In this document: positions 47,334-56,651 of the stretch, piece after piece | Numbering within the stretch: position 1 is the first letter of the stretch | Layout of the letters: every line of letters begins with the position of its first letter | From: Candidatus Calditenuaceae archaeon HR02 | GTDB lineage: Archaea > Thermoproteota > Nitrososphaeria_A > Caldarchaeales > Calditenuaceae | Assembly: GCA_002898395.1 (NCBI GenBank) | Contig: BEHE01000009.1 | Location: 1 to 64,000 of the forward strand | Length of the DNA: 64,000 bases | Direction: 5' to 3' | Notes under the pieces: model-generated | Told to the model about the DNA's origin: nothing | Seen by the model: the letters and a program-made list of their open reading frames with translations, nothing else | The model's database searches: none | Program-made: the position numbers and the translations under genes

Positions 47334-47509
47334 TAAAACCCGAGGCCGGTATGACCCACGGGTTTAAACGGACTGGCATTTTCGCCAGTCATGTCCAACA
47401 CATAAACAACCGGCCTCGTTTGGGTTTCCTAGATGTTGTTGGGATGGTTGTCCGCCGGCTAACCCTCCCATCTTTCCATTGTTTGAGTGTTTAACACATC
47501 ACTATGATT
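47303..47509 (+). ncRNA. Putative structured ncRNA, copy 2
   Basis: GCCGGCGG/CCGCCGGC, CCCAGCAACA/TGTTGTTGGG, AAACCC/GGGTTT, CGAGGCCGGT/ACCGGCCTCG, identical apical hairpin to copy 1. Confidence 0.7.
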
Positions 47510-47668
47510 ATCTTATCTAATGGTATTAAGTGTTTTAAGTCGCGCCTCCTCAGTCCAGCTTAGAGAGCCTTCTTGCGACTGATGGTTCTTCGCCCGTCAA
47601 CTCTTTGAATAGAGGGAGTAGAAGTATCGATACAATGATAGGCAGATTAAAAGGGGCCAGGGGAAGGG

Positions 47669-48202
47669 ATGGGCGAGGCTGCCGGCCGCGTGGCAGAGGC
47701 GTTAGAGAGGGTGGGGCTCAGAAGCGAGGTTTTCACCGATCATGGTGGTTACCCAGTCGTGTGGGGGGAGCTTAGGGAGGAGCGGCATGGCACCCTTCTA
47801 ATTTATAACCACTACGATGTCCAGCCACCAGACCCCCTGGAGAAATGGGCTTCACCACCCTTCCAGCCGACCATTAGAAACGGTAGAGTGTATGCTAGGG
47901 GTGCATGCGACAATAAGGGGAACCTAGCAGCAAGGCTATGTGCCTTAGACCTACTGCTGGACGCTATCGGCGAGGTGCCCCTAAACATCAAGTTCCTAAT
48001 AGAGGGTGAAGAGGAGATTGGCAGCCCACATCTCAGCAGGCTGTTATGGTTGATGCAACAAGAGGGTGGCGGGACTATTTTTACCTGCAGACGAGGGGGA
48101 AGAGGAATTAAACTCGCTAGGAGAAGGGATAACCATAATCATAGAAGTTGTGGAAGAGAAAAATGGTGTGTAAGACTAGGGAAAACAATACTTGTTAGTT
48201 AA
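47669..48202 (+). pseudogene. Truncated M20 peptidase/deacylase
   Basis: YNHYDVQPP, ARGACDNKG, IEGEEEIGS, then drift into unrelated AT-rich sequence; dimerisation and C-terminal parts missing. Confidence 0.8.
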
Positions 48203-48338
48203 AAAAATACTGTGACCGAAATCAAAGAGGATAGAATATGTCTTTAAATCCGAACACTGAATTTTTAAACCATCTACACCATCTTCAACGAAGCCCGAAA
48301 GAACCCGGCGACCCAGCACAACGCCTTGCTGGTGATAG

Positions 48339-49223
48339 ATGTTTTATATAGGCTTCTCTTGTTGTATGGTGGTGCTTGCAACCAGCCTTAGCGGAAGGTT
48401 GAGGATAGCTCTGGCACAGGTCTCGACACGGATAGGCGATGTTAAGGCGAATAAGGTGAAGCACATAGAGTATATCGAGAAGGCGCGGAGCGAGGAGGCG
48501 GACCTAGTTGTTTTCCCCGAGCTATCGCTGACCGGCTACCTGCTGAAAGACGTCGCCTATGAGGTCCCCCGCGCCTGTGGCGAGGCCTTGGAGGAGATTA
48601 AACGTGCCTGCCGCGATATCCACGTAGTCATCGGGGTGGTTAGAGAGGTGAGGCCAGGCATCATACAGAACGCAGCAGCGATCATAGGCGACGGAGAGAT
48701 AAAGTGCATAGTCCCGAAGTTCTATCTTCCAACCTATGGCCTCTTCGAGGAGGCACGCTACTTCATGCCCGGCGACCCTCTTAGAGACCTTAAAATCTTT
48801 GAAGACAAGTTTGGGGTCTTAATCTGCGAAGACCTGTGGCATCCGGAGCCTGCAGAGGCTCTTGTAAGACTGGGTGCAGAGGTGCTCATCTGCATAGCAT
48901 CATCGCCCCTTAGGGGGTTGAATAATCCGGTGGAGGGTAAACCATGGATTGACCATGCCTGGACCTCGATACTAAATGCAACAGCACTGACGCATGCAGT
49001 CCATGTCGTCTTCGTGAATAGGGCTGGGCCGGAGGATGAGGAGTTCTTCTGGGGAGGCTCAAGGGTTGTGGGGCCGAACGGTGTAGAGCTGGCAAGATGC
49101 AAAACTATGGAGGAAGACTTCAAGATCTGCGAGATAGACCTCTCAGAAAATGCGAGGACTAGAAGGTTCAGCTCTTTCCGGATACATCTCAGGGAATTCC
49201 ACCGCGCATTGTCTAGGCTCTAG
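48339..49223 (+). CDS. Nitrilase-family amidohydrolase, probable glutaminase partner of NadE
   Basis: VFPELSLTGY, KFYLPTYGLFEEARYF, LICEDLW. Confidence 0.88.
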   Translation: MFYIGFSCCMVVLATSLSGRLRIALAQVSTRIGDVKANKVKHIEYIEKARSEEADLVVFPELSLTGYLLKDVAYEVPRACGEALEEIKRACRDIHVVIGVVREVRPGIIQNAAAIIGDGEIKCIVPKFYLPTYGLFEEARYFMPGDPLRDLKIFEDKFGVLICEDLWHPEPAEALVRLGAEVLICIASSPLRGLNNPVEGKPWIDHAWTSILNATALTHAVHVVFVNRAGPEDEEFFWGGSRVVGPNGVELARCKTMEEDFKICEIDLSENARTRRFSSFRIHLREFHRALSRL

Positions 49224-49271
49224 AAATTTTCTTCCTCAGGCAGATTTTTAAACCCGTTGCGGCTGGAATGA

Positions 49272-50144
49272 TTGGATGATGTGAAATTGGCCACTAGGGT
49301 AAGCCTCCCAATCAAAGAGTTGGAGATCGATGTTGTGAAGGTCACCAGCTACCTCTGTGAGAGGCTAAGACGCTATGTCTTCGAGTACGCGGGTAGGCGA
49401 GGAGGGGTTATAGGTCTGAGTGGGGGAATAGATTCGTCTACCGCCGCCTATCTAGCGGCCCGTGCACTAAAACCCGAGAACCTCTTCTGTTACATTCTTC
49501 CAACCTCGGCTACGCCGCAACACGACATACAGCTAGCCCAGACAGTAATTGAGGAGCTGAGAATACCTGAGGACAACTACGAGCTGATAAACATCGACGA
49601 TATTGTGAGGATATTTGCAGAGAGGCTTATGGTCGAGAACCCCCTCATAGTCGGCAACATAGCCGCGAGGGTCAGAATGATAATACTCTACGCACAGGCG
49701 GCGAAGCATAACTGCCTCGTCATCGGAACAAGCGACAAGTCAGAGTTAACAATAGGCTACTTCACCAAGTATGGGGATGCTGGGGTAGACGTTATGCCCC
49801 TCGCCGACCTCTACAAGACCCAAATCAGGCAGCTTGCAAGGTATCTCGGCGTCCCCGAGGCGATAATCGTGAAGCCGCCGTCACCCGCTCTCTGGCCCGG
49901 CCAGACTGCGGAGGCGGAGCTTGGAATGCCATATGACCTACTCGACAGCATCCTATATCTCAGGTTCGACGCCTGGCTCAGCGAGGAGGAGGTCGCATCC
50001 CGCCTAGGAATAGACACGGAAGTTGTGGAGAAGGTCGTGAGGATGGTGAAGCAGACACAGCATAAGAGGCAACTACCCGAGATATTCAGACTCAGTACTA
50101 GATCGCATGGATCTGACTGGAGGTATCCTAGGGAGTGGAGGTAA
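49272..50144 (+). CDS. nadE: NAD+ synthetase
   Basis: GLSGGIDS, GNIAARVRM, GYFTKYGD, DLYKTQ, KPPSPALWPGQ, HKR. Confidence 0.95.
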   Translation: MDDVKLATRVSLPIKELEIDVVKVTSYLCERLRRYVFEYAGRRGGVIGLSGGIDSSTAAYLAARALKPENLFCYILPTSATPQHDIQLAQTVIEELRIPEDNYELINIDDIVRIFAERLMVENPLIVGNIAARVRMIILYAQAAKHNCLVIGTSDKSELTIGYFTKYGDAGVDVMPLADLYKTQIRQLARYLGVPEAIIVKPPSPALWPGQTAEAELGMPYDLLDSILYLRFDAWLSEEEVASRLGIDTEVVEKVVRMVKQTQHKRQLPEIFRLSTRSHGSDWRYPREWR

Positions 50145-50295
50145 ATGGATTGGCCCGAGGCACGGCTCACGGTGTTAGCTGTGCTAGCCGGCGGGTCAAA
50201 GAATGGTAAGGCTTTAATTCTGGCGTCACTCGCGATTCTACTGGCTCACAATACTTTTATATTTAGGAGATGAGTGAGCTTCAGGCACGGTGATT

Positions 50296-50430
50296 ATGAG
50301 CTACATTAGGTTCTCTGAAGAAGAGTGGGAAGAGGAGGAAGAGTGGGAGGAGGACTTCGAGGAAGAGGAGGAAGAGTGGGAGGAAGAGGAGTGGGAAGAG
50401 GAGGAGTTAGAGGAAGAGGAGGAGGTATAG
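50296..50430 (+). CDS. 44 aa Glu/Trp-rich acidic micro-protein
   Basis: MSYIRFSEEEWEEEEEWEEDFEEEEEEWEEEEWEEEELEEEEEV*; TTTATA upstream, GGTGA SD, T-tract downstream. Confidence 0.8.
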   Translation: MSYIRFSEEEWEEEEEWEEDFEEEEEEWEEEEWEEEELEEEEEV

Positions 50431-50580
50431 TCTAAGCCACCGATAACCAGAATTTTTTATTTAGAGGGTCTAGGACAGTTTTCTCATTGCGAGGTTTACC
50501 GAAATTTGGATACACTGGCCTCCGCGGTTAGGGCTTATCGCTGGATAAGCGTTATAACACTGGTGCGAGAATAGTTATAC

Positions 50581-51477
50581 ATGCCTAAGCTTGAGGAGAG
50601 GAGATTACAGCAACTTCGGGGAAGCTCCTATGTTTTGACACTCCCGAAGGACTGGGTGGAGGAGCTGGGGCTCGGTAAGGGGTCTAGTGTTTTCCTGCTT
50701 GCGGAGCCGGGGCTCCTGATAGTTGTTCCAGGGGAGAGGGCTGGTTATCCTCTAGTGGATGTGGAGTTGGATGTAATAGGTGTTGGACGTCTTGAGGAGT
50801 TAACTAAAGCCCTGTATAAGATTGGTGTGAGCCAAGTGAAGTTTAGGACGCGCGAGCCAGTTCAACAAGTTATAAGTAGGCTTAGGAAGATGAGAGGAGA
50901 GGTTCACGGCCTCATAGCCACCACTCCTAGTGAGAACGAGGTTTTAGCCTCCTTTTCCGACGAAGTCTTCGCAAGTCTAGACCATGGTATCAGAGTTTTT
51001 TTGACGACTCTGGTCTCAGCAGCCCAATCAGTTGCGAGAGATGTGGGCTCCGGATATACTGCATCACTGCCTGATGAGCTGGCTGACTGCCGCCTATACG
51101 CCCTCGCTCTCTTCAGATATGCCTCAGGGCTGATAACCAAAGCCTCTAGAGACTTGATAGTCCGAGCCCTTCCCATAGCTAGCCTGGTCTCAGCCCGGAT
51201 GCTAGACCTCTGCGAGGCTTTTGAAGACGTTATGACTGACAGTGGGGGAGAAGACCTCTCACAGTTGGTCAAGACCTTTACTACATTTGTCTCCGAGCTC
51301 ATAGACGCTATTGGTGGTGATTTTGAGGCGTTGGAGAGGGTGGAGGAGAAGGTGGAGAAGGTTTTGGCTGGTAGGAGGTTGGAAGACCGCCGGGCTTGTA
51401 CGCTGTTTGTGGTGTTGTCAAAAGTGGTTGAGAGTCTTAAGGAGCTCGCACTCGTCAAGGCTGTGCTTACTGCTTGA
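50581..51477 (+). CDS. AbrB-domain PhoU-like regulator (divergent)
   Basis: ERRLQQLRGSSYVLTLPKDWV..LGLGKG. Confidence 0.8.
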   Translation: MPKLEERRLQQLRGSSYVLTLPKDWVEELGLGKGSSVFLLAEPGLLIVVPGERAGYPLVDVELDVIGVGRLEELTKALYKIGVSQVKFRTREPVQQVISRLRKMRGEVHGLIATTPSENEVLASFSDEVFASLDHGIRVFLTTLVSAAQSVARDVGSGYTASLPDELADCRLYALALFRYASGLITKASRDLIVRALPIASLVSARMLDLCEAFEDVMTDSGGEDLSQLVKTFTTFVSELIDAIGGDFEALERVEEKVEKVLAGRRLEDRRACTLFVVLSKVVESLKELALVKAVLTA

Positions 51478-52228
51478 TGGCGAAGAGCTCTATGGCTACG
51501 TGGAGCTTCGAGGGAGAATAGCTCTTAATGACCCTCTGGCCCAGGAGCCTCGCCTTGTATCCCAGTCTCTCGGCAGTGGATATGGCCTTGGCTGCCAGTT
51601 CACCTTCCCTCCCCCTCACAGCTAAGCTGTGGAGATGGATAATTCCCCCAGCTGATGAGAGCGTGTCCAGAGCATATGGGAGGAAGCTGACTGTGTTATG
51701 AAGGTACCCCATTATGACCCTGTCCGCTACCTGGCCTATTTGCTTAGCAACTTCTCTGCAGTCTCCGAGATGGGGTACAACTATCTCCGAGACCCTATTC
51801 CTCTCGATATTCTTGACTAGAAATCCGTAGGCGTCTGGATTAATCTCTATTGCGTGTATTTTCTTAGGCCTGGCGTGGTATGCTATAGGGATGCTGAACT
51901 GCCCTACACCTGCAAACATGTCTACGACCACCTCCCAGCTCCTGACCATGGCCGCGGTCCTAATCCTCTCAAACTTGTTCCCGAGACAGAACATCAAGCT
52001 GGCTGGGTCGAGCTCAAACTCCACACCATATTCGCGATAAACTATGGAGTCAGGAGTGGCGCCCCAGAGAACCTCTATCCTCGGCCTCCTATACTCACCC
52101 TCTATTCCCCAATACCTCAGTATCGCCTTGACATTCGGGTGGCTCTTCAGTATCCGCCTGACTGTCTCCTCGACGTCGCTCGACTCTTCCGGCCTAACCA
52201 GCGCAACGCCGCCAAACAGCTTAACCAC
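51467..52228 (-). CDS. Trm5/Taw2-family SAM-dependent tRNA-modification enzyme
   Basis: IEGEYR, YREYGVEF, ERIR, VVDMFAGVGQF, AIEINP, ADRVIMG. Confidence 0.88.
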   Translation of the reverse strand: MVKLFGGVALVRPEESSDVEETVRRILKSHPNVKAILRYWGIEGEYRRPRIEVLWGATPDSIVYREYGVEFELDPASLMFCLGNKFERIRTAAMVRSWEVVVDMFAGVGQFSIPIAYHARPKKIHAIEINPDAYGFLVKNIERNRVSEIVVPHLGDCREVAKQIGQVADRVIMGYLHNTVSFLPYALDTLSSAGGIIHLHSLAVRGREGELAAKAISTAERLGYKARLLGQRVIKSYSPSKLHVAIELFAIKQ

Positions 52229-52454
52229 TCCGAAGAAGCCTAACCGAGTCCATAGATAAAACCGTAACCCTGGGGCTTAGAGGGTCCGTTAAGTTGGTAT
52301 TACTGAGATGCTGCCTGGATGAATAAATCGCCTCAACCATTGCCTATAGTTGGTTTTAAGACTTATAAACTAGCAACTCTTAAATAAAATTTAACGGACC
52401 CGGGCTTAGAAAAGGAAAAATCTTAGAGGCGCAGACAGAGTCGACGATATAGCG

Positions 52455-52928
52455 TTGAGGGAGACGACCACGCTTGAGGATTACTTAAAGGAACATGGGG
52501 TAGATGCGCGCATAATATTTTTTGAGGGGCACGTGAAAACCGTGGCCGCTGCGGCAAAGCGGCTTGGTGTGGGGGCGGAGCGAATAATCAAGAGTATCCT
52601 GTTCATAGATGATAAAGGTGGGCCCGTCCTCGCCATTGTCAGGGGCGACAGGAGGGTGAGCGAGTATAAGCTTGCGAGACTGATTGGTGTGAGGAGTGTC
52701 AGGATCGCCACTCCGGAAGAGACGCTGGTGCACACAGGCTACGAAGTGGGTGCGGTTCCCCCAATAGGGTTGAAGTCGAGTGTTCGCGTGGTCATCGACT
52801 CTGAGATTGTACGTCTCGATAGGGTCTATGGTGGCGGTGGTAGCCAAAACGCACTGGTTGAGATTTCTCCTGCCGATATTCAGAGGCTGACTGGTGGCGT
52901 GGTAGGGGATATAGTCGTGCCTACTTAG
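52455..52928 (+). CDS. YbaK/EbsC aminoacyl-tRNA deacylase
   Basis: IIKSIL, TGYEVGAVPPIG, YGGGG. Confidence 0.9.
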   Translation: MRETTTLEDYLKEHGVDARIIFFEGHVKTVAAAAKRLGVGAERIIKSILFIDDKGGPVLAIVRGDRRVSEYKLARLIGVRSVRIATPEETLVHTGYEVGAVPPIGLKSSVRVVIDSEIVRLDRVYGGGGSQNALVEISPADIQRLTGGVVGDIVVPT

Positions 52929-52968
52929 AGACCAACACATATATAATGGCCGGCTAGAAGGTTGGTGG

Positions 52969-53349
52969 TTGTCTCAGAAACAGCAGACAAGACAGGCTGA
53001 AAAGGCTAAGCCAGTAGAGAAGCGCGTACTTGGCTTATCAGTCAGCAACGTCGCTGAGATCGAGTCCTTCGCCAAATCCCAGCCCTACCTCACCCCATAC
53101 CTTATTGCAGAGAGATTTGGTGTTAGACTATCCGTAGCTAAGAGGTTTCTGAGAGAGTTGGCCGAGAAGGGGGTTCTAAGACCGCTTGAAGGTGTCACGA
53201 GGCTGAAGCTCTACGTACCGACGACAGAGGTTAAGATCACTCCACACAAGCCTCAGACCGCTGAACAGACGGTTGAGGAAGGAGAGGTTGTAGGTGTGGC
53301 TGCTAAGAAAAAAGCCAAGGGGAAGGCTGCTAAGCCTAAGAAGAAATAG
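52969..53349 (+). CDS. rps25e: 30S ribosomal protein S25e with Lys-rich tail
   Basis: YLTPYLIAERFGVRLSVAKRFLRELAEKG..LYVP. Confidence 0.8.
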   Translation: MSQKQQTRQAEKAKPVEKRVLGLSVSNVAEIESFAKSQPYLTPYLIAERFGVRLSVAKRFLRELAEKGVLRPLEGVTRLKLYVPTTEVKITPHKPQTAEQTVEEGEVVGVAAKKKAKGKAAKPKKK

Positions 53350-53728
53350 ACTCATCCCTGGCCTCCGTAACGACTATACGTGCGCCCTGCCTCAAGTTCT
53401 TGAGACCGCTGGGGTCGCTGGTCAGTCTACCAATCCTGACAGCCTGCACCGGCGGCGGTATCGGCTCCACCACAAAGGCGATAGCTGGGATTGAGGGCCA
53501 GTAGAGAATGTCCCCAGGCTCAACTTTTTTGGCCTCCTTCTCAGCTCCTCTCCTTATCTCGACTTGGAAGTATGCAAGCCCGCCTGACAGTGCCAAGGCG
53601 CCACTCAGGGGAAGAGCCCTGACCACCCTATCATAAGTCATAGGGGCCAAGTATCTGTTAAGCTCCCCCTGCAGTTCAACTCCACCTTCAATCTGGATTC
53701 TGATCTGTGTGGATGGTCTGAAGGGCAT
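53336..53728 (-). CDS. Cyclophilin-like fold protein (DUF369-like)
   Basis: LAPMT...VVRALPL, GAEK, GDILYWP. Confidence 0.8.
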   Translation of the reverse strand: MPFRPSTQIRIQIEGGVELQGELNRYLAPMTYDRVVRALPLSGALALSGGLAYFQVEIRRGAEKEAKKVEPGDILYWPSIPAIAFVVEPIPPPVQAVRIGRLTSDPSGLKNLRQGARIVVTEARDESISS

Positions 53729-53736
53729 CTAGGGCG

Positions 53737-55527
53737 TCACTGCCCCTTCTGCTCTTCCTTGCCGACCTCGCCACTACTCTGCTGATAGATCACTGCACCT
53801 ATTTCCTGCGCAACCTTCCTCAGAGACTCCATTGAAGACTTTATACCCTGTATGTCGGACTTCTTCAGCGCATCCCTCAGCTTGTCAGAGGCGTCCTTTA
53901 TCTTACTCCTTGTCTCTTCACTGAGCTTCGAGCCATACTCACTCATCGCCTTGTCTACTGTGTAGAGTAGGGACTCGGCCTCATTCTTCAGCATTGCCTC
54001 CTCCTTCCTGCGCCTATCCTGCTCTGCATACTGCTCGGCCTCCCTAATCATCCGCTCAATCTCTTCACGGGAGAGCCTGTGGGGAGCTGTTATCTTCACG
54101 CTCATCTCCTTACTCGTCCCCAAGTCTTTAGCGGTAACGGTTAAAATTCCATCAGCATTTATGTCGAACGTTACCTCGATTCGCGGGACACCGCGCGGGG
54201 CAGGCGGAATCCCATCCAATATGAACCTCCCCAATGATACGTTGTCGGCAGCCATCGGCCTCTCACCTTGAACGACATGTATCTCCACTGATGTCTGGAA
54301 GTCAGAGGCGGTTGTGAAGATTTTGCTCCGTCTGACCGGTATTGTCGTGTTTCTCTCGATTAGCGGCTCGACCAGCCCACCTAGCACCTCGACGCCAAGC
54401 GTGAGCGGCGTGACGTCTAAGAGTACAATGTCCTTGCCCTTCAGCTCCCCGGTCAGTATTGCCGCCTGAATCGCCGCGCCAGCAGCCACGCACTCCATCG
54501 GATCTATTCCACGCTCAGGCTCCTTACCAAGCGTCCTTTTTAGAAACTCTCTTATAATCGGCATCCTCGTAGGCCCACCAACTAAGATGATCTTGTCTAT
54601 ATCTTCGGGCTTGAGCTTGGCGTCCTTCAGCGCCTGCTCTATGGGCCCTCTACACCTCTCGATAATAGGTGCGACGAGCTCCTCAAGCTTTGCCCTTGTC
54701 AGGACGTGGGTGAAGTGTTTAGGCCCACTTGCGTCCTGGGCGATGAACGGCAGGTTTATCTCTGTCTCGTAGACGTTTGAGAGCTCTATCTTTGCCCTTT
54801 CAGCGGCTTCGCGGAGCCTGTTCATGGCTACCGGGTCTTTTGTCAGGTCTATTCCCGTCTCCCTTCTAAACGTCTCCACCAAGTAATTGACTATTGCATC
54901 GTCCATGTCTCTGCCTCCGAGCTGGGTATCGCCTGAAGTAGCCTTTACCTCGAAAACACCTCCACCGAATTCCATTATCGTAACATCAAGCGTCCCACCA
55001 CCTAAATCAAAAACAAGAATCTTCATCTCCTTCTCCAGCTTATCAAGACCGTACGCGAGGGCGGCAGCCGTGGGCTCATTTATTATCCTAAGAACCTTCA
55101 GCCCTGCGATCTCGGCAGCATCCTTTGTTGCCTGCCTCTGGTTATCGTTAAAGTATGCGGGCACCGTTATGACGGCCTCCTTAACCTCCTCGCCGAGATA
55201 AGCCTCCGCGTCGCGCTTTATCTTCTGGAGTAGGAAGGCGGAGAGCTGCTGGGGAGTAAACTCTTTACCGTGCAGCCTATACTTGTAGTCTGTACCCATC
55301 TTCCTCTTGAAACCAGTGACCGTGCCTTCAGGGTTAGTAACAGCCTGCCGCCTCGCAGGTTCGCCGACCAGGAGTTGTCCATCCTTCGTGAACGCCACAT
55401 AGGATGGGAAAGCCTTTCCATAGAGTGTGACGCCTTCGGTGCTCGGAATCAGTGTCGGCCTGCCACCAACCACCACGGCCGCGGCCGAGTTACTTGTCCC
55501 GAGGTCAATGCCGATGGCCTTCGCCAT
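53737..55527 (-). CDS. dnaK: Chaperone DnaK (Hsp70)
   Basis: [46 protein letters not shown]. Confidence 0.98.
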   Translation of the reverse strand: MAKAIGIDLGTSNSAAAVVVGGRPTLIPSTEGVTLYGKAFPSYVAFTKDGQLLVGEPARRQAVTNPEGTVTGFKRKMGTDYKYRLHGKEFTPQQLSAFLLQKIKRDAEAYLGEEVKEAVITVPAYFNDNQRQATKDAAEIAGLKVLRIINEPTAAALAYGLDKLEKEMKILVFDLGGGTLDVTIMEFGGGVFEVKATSGDTQLGGRDMDDAIVNYLVETFRRETGIDLTKDPVAMNRLREAAERAKIELSNVYETEINLPFIAQDASGPKHFTHVLTRAKLEELVAPIIERCRGPIEQALKDAKLKPEDIDKIILVGGPTRMPIIREFLKRTLGKEPERGIDPMECVAAGAAIQAAILTGELKGKDIVLLDVTPLTLGVEVLGGLVEPLIERNTTIPVRRSKIFTTASDFQTSVEIHVVQGERPMAADNVSLGRFILDGIPPAPRGVPRIEVTFDINADGILTVTAKDLGTSKEMSVKITAPHRLSREEIERMIREAEQYAEQDRRRKEEAMLKNEAESLLYTVDKAMSEYGSKLSEETRSKIKDASDKLRDALKKSDIQGIKSSMESLRKVAQEIGAVIYQQSSGEVGKEEQKGQ

Positions 55528-55593
55528 ATGACCCCACCATTATTGTAGGATGTGGTAGAGGAATATTAACCAATTGTCTGAGACAAGTCTTCA

Positions 55594-56160
55594 CTAACCC
55601 ATGCCGATCTTTTTCTCGTAGATATATATTCCATCGAGGAACTTTCTAAGGTCTTTCCGCGTTATCCGCGTCCCCTGTTCTATGCGGCCCGCTGCGAGGC
55701 CTACGAGGTACTTGTCAATCCCCGTAACTATTACGTCGTCTCCCTTCACCTGAACCTTCACGCCCTCTGGGAGGCGGATTACCCGCGGATACTTTTCCCC
55801 GGCGAAGTTCTCGACTACCAAATTGCCTCCCTGAACCTTAACACTCATGGGGAAGTGGCTCTGAACTATTTTCAGCTTATATGTGAATCCCTGTGTTACG
55901 CCTATTATCATGTTTTTAATATTTGCCTTCACGGTGCCGAGCCTCGCAAGACATCTCCGTCCCCTACCATAGACTCTTATGTGCAATACATCGCCGTCCA
56001 AGCTAACTTCTGCGCCTGCATGGCCGAAGTCCCTCTCAACACTCCCTAGCTTCCCCTTAATTTTCACGCGGGCTGGGGGGGTTAGCTCAACCTGTATATC
56101 CTGAGGAATCTTGACAGTATCTTCTTGAAACTTCATCTTAGAAATAGACTCTTGGGCCAT
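55594..56160 (-). CDS. rpl6: 50S ribosomal protein L6
   Basis: NMIIGVTQGF.YKL, HFPM, NFAGEK, DLRKFLDGIY. Confidence 0.96.
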   Translation of the reverse strand: MAQESISKMKFQEDTVKIPQDIQVELTPPARVKIKGKLGSVERDFGHAGAEVSLDGDVLHIRVYGRGRRCLARLGTVKANIKNMIIGVTQGFTYKLKIVQSHFPMSVKVQGGNLVVENFAGEKYPRVIRLPEGVKVQVKGDDVIVTGIDKYLVGLAAGRIEQGTRITRKDLRKFLDGIYIYEKKIGMG

Positions 56161-56176
56161 CCCCGTTCACCTCGTC

Positions 56177-56566
56177 TCAATACACGTATCCAAGGAGCTT
56201 TCCACCAAGTCCGCGGGAAACCGCCTCCCTATGCGACAACACGCCCTGATTGGTTGTCACGATCAGGATTCCGACGTCCTTAGCCGGCAGATAGAGCTTT
56301 GCCCAGCTATCATATCCGTTCCGCGAGACACTGTATCTGGGCCTAATAGGTGCGGCCCTATTGATTCTGCCAAGTAGCTGGATTATCACCTTACCGCCCC
56401 TGCCGTCTTCGATATACTCGAAAGAGCCGATGTAAGAATGTCTCTGAAGTGTCCTTAATATGTCGCCGATCAACCGTGAGTAGTAGTATATACACTCCTT
56501 GTTGCGTACCGCCTCGTTATTCTGGAGCGTCGTAAAGAGGCCTGACACTAGGTCCTTAGATACCAT
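56177..56566 (-). CDS. rps8: 30S ribosomal protein S8
   Basis: YIGSFEYIEDGRGG, LLGRIN, TTNQGV.SH.EA, GGKLLGYVY. Confidence 0.96.
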   Translation of the reverse strand: MVSKDLVSGLFTTLQNNEAVRNKECIYYYSRLIGDILRTLQRHSYIGSFEYIEDGRGGKVIIQLLGRINRAAPIRPRYSVSRNGYDSWAKLYLPAKDVGILIVTTNQGVLSHREAVSRGLGGKLLGYVY

Positions 56567-56651
56567 CTCTTCTCGTCTGTTCTAAAATTCCTGCGAGCCC
56601 ATCTAATAAGCCTAATTAAGCCGGGTAGCGCCCTCTAGGCAGACTAGCCTC

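Noticed and set aside
50316-50425. GAR-rich tract as a microsatellite or CRISPR array
   Set aside because: No fixed repeat-spacer period; it is explained by a Glu-rich coding frame. No CRISPR array was seen anywhere in the window.
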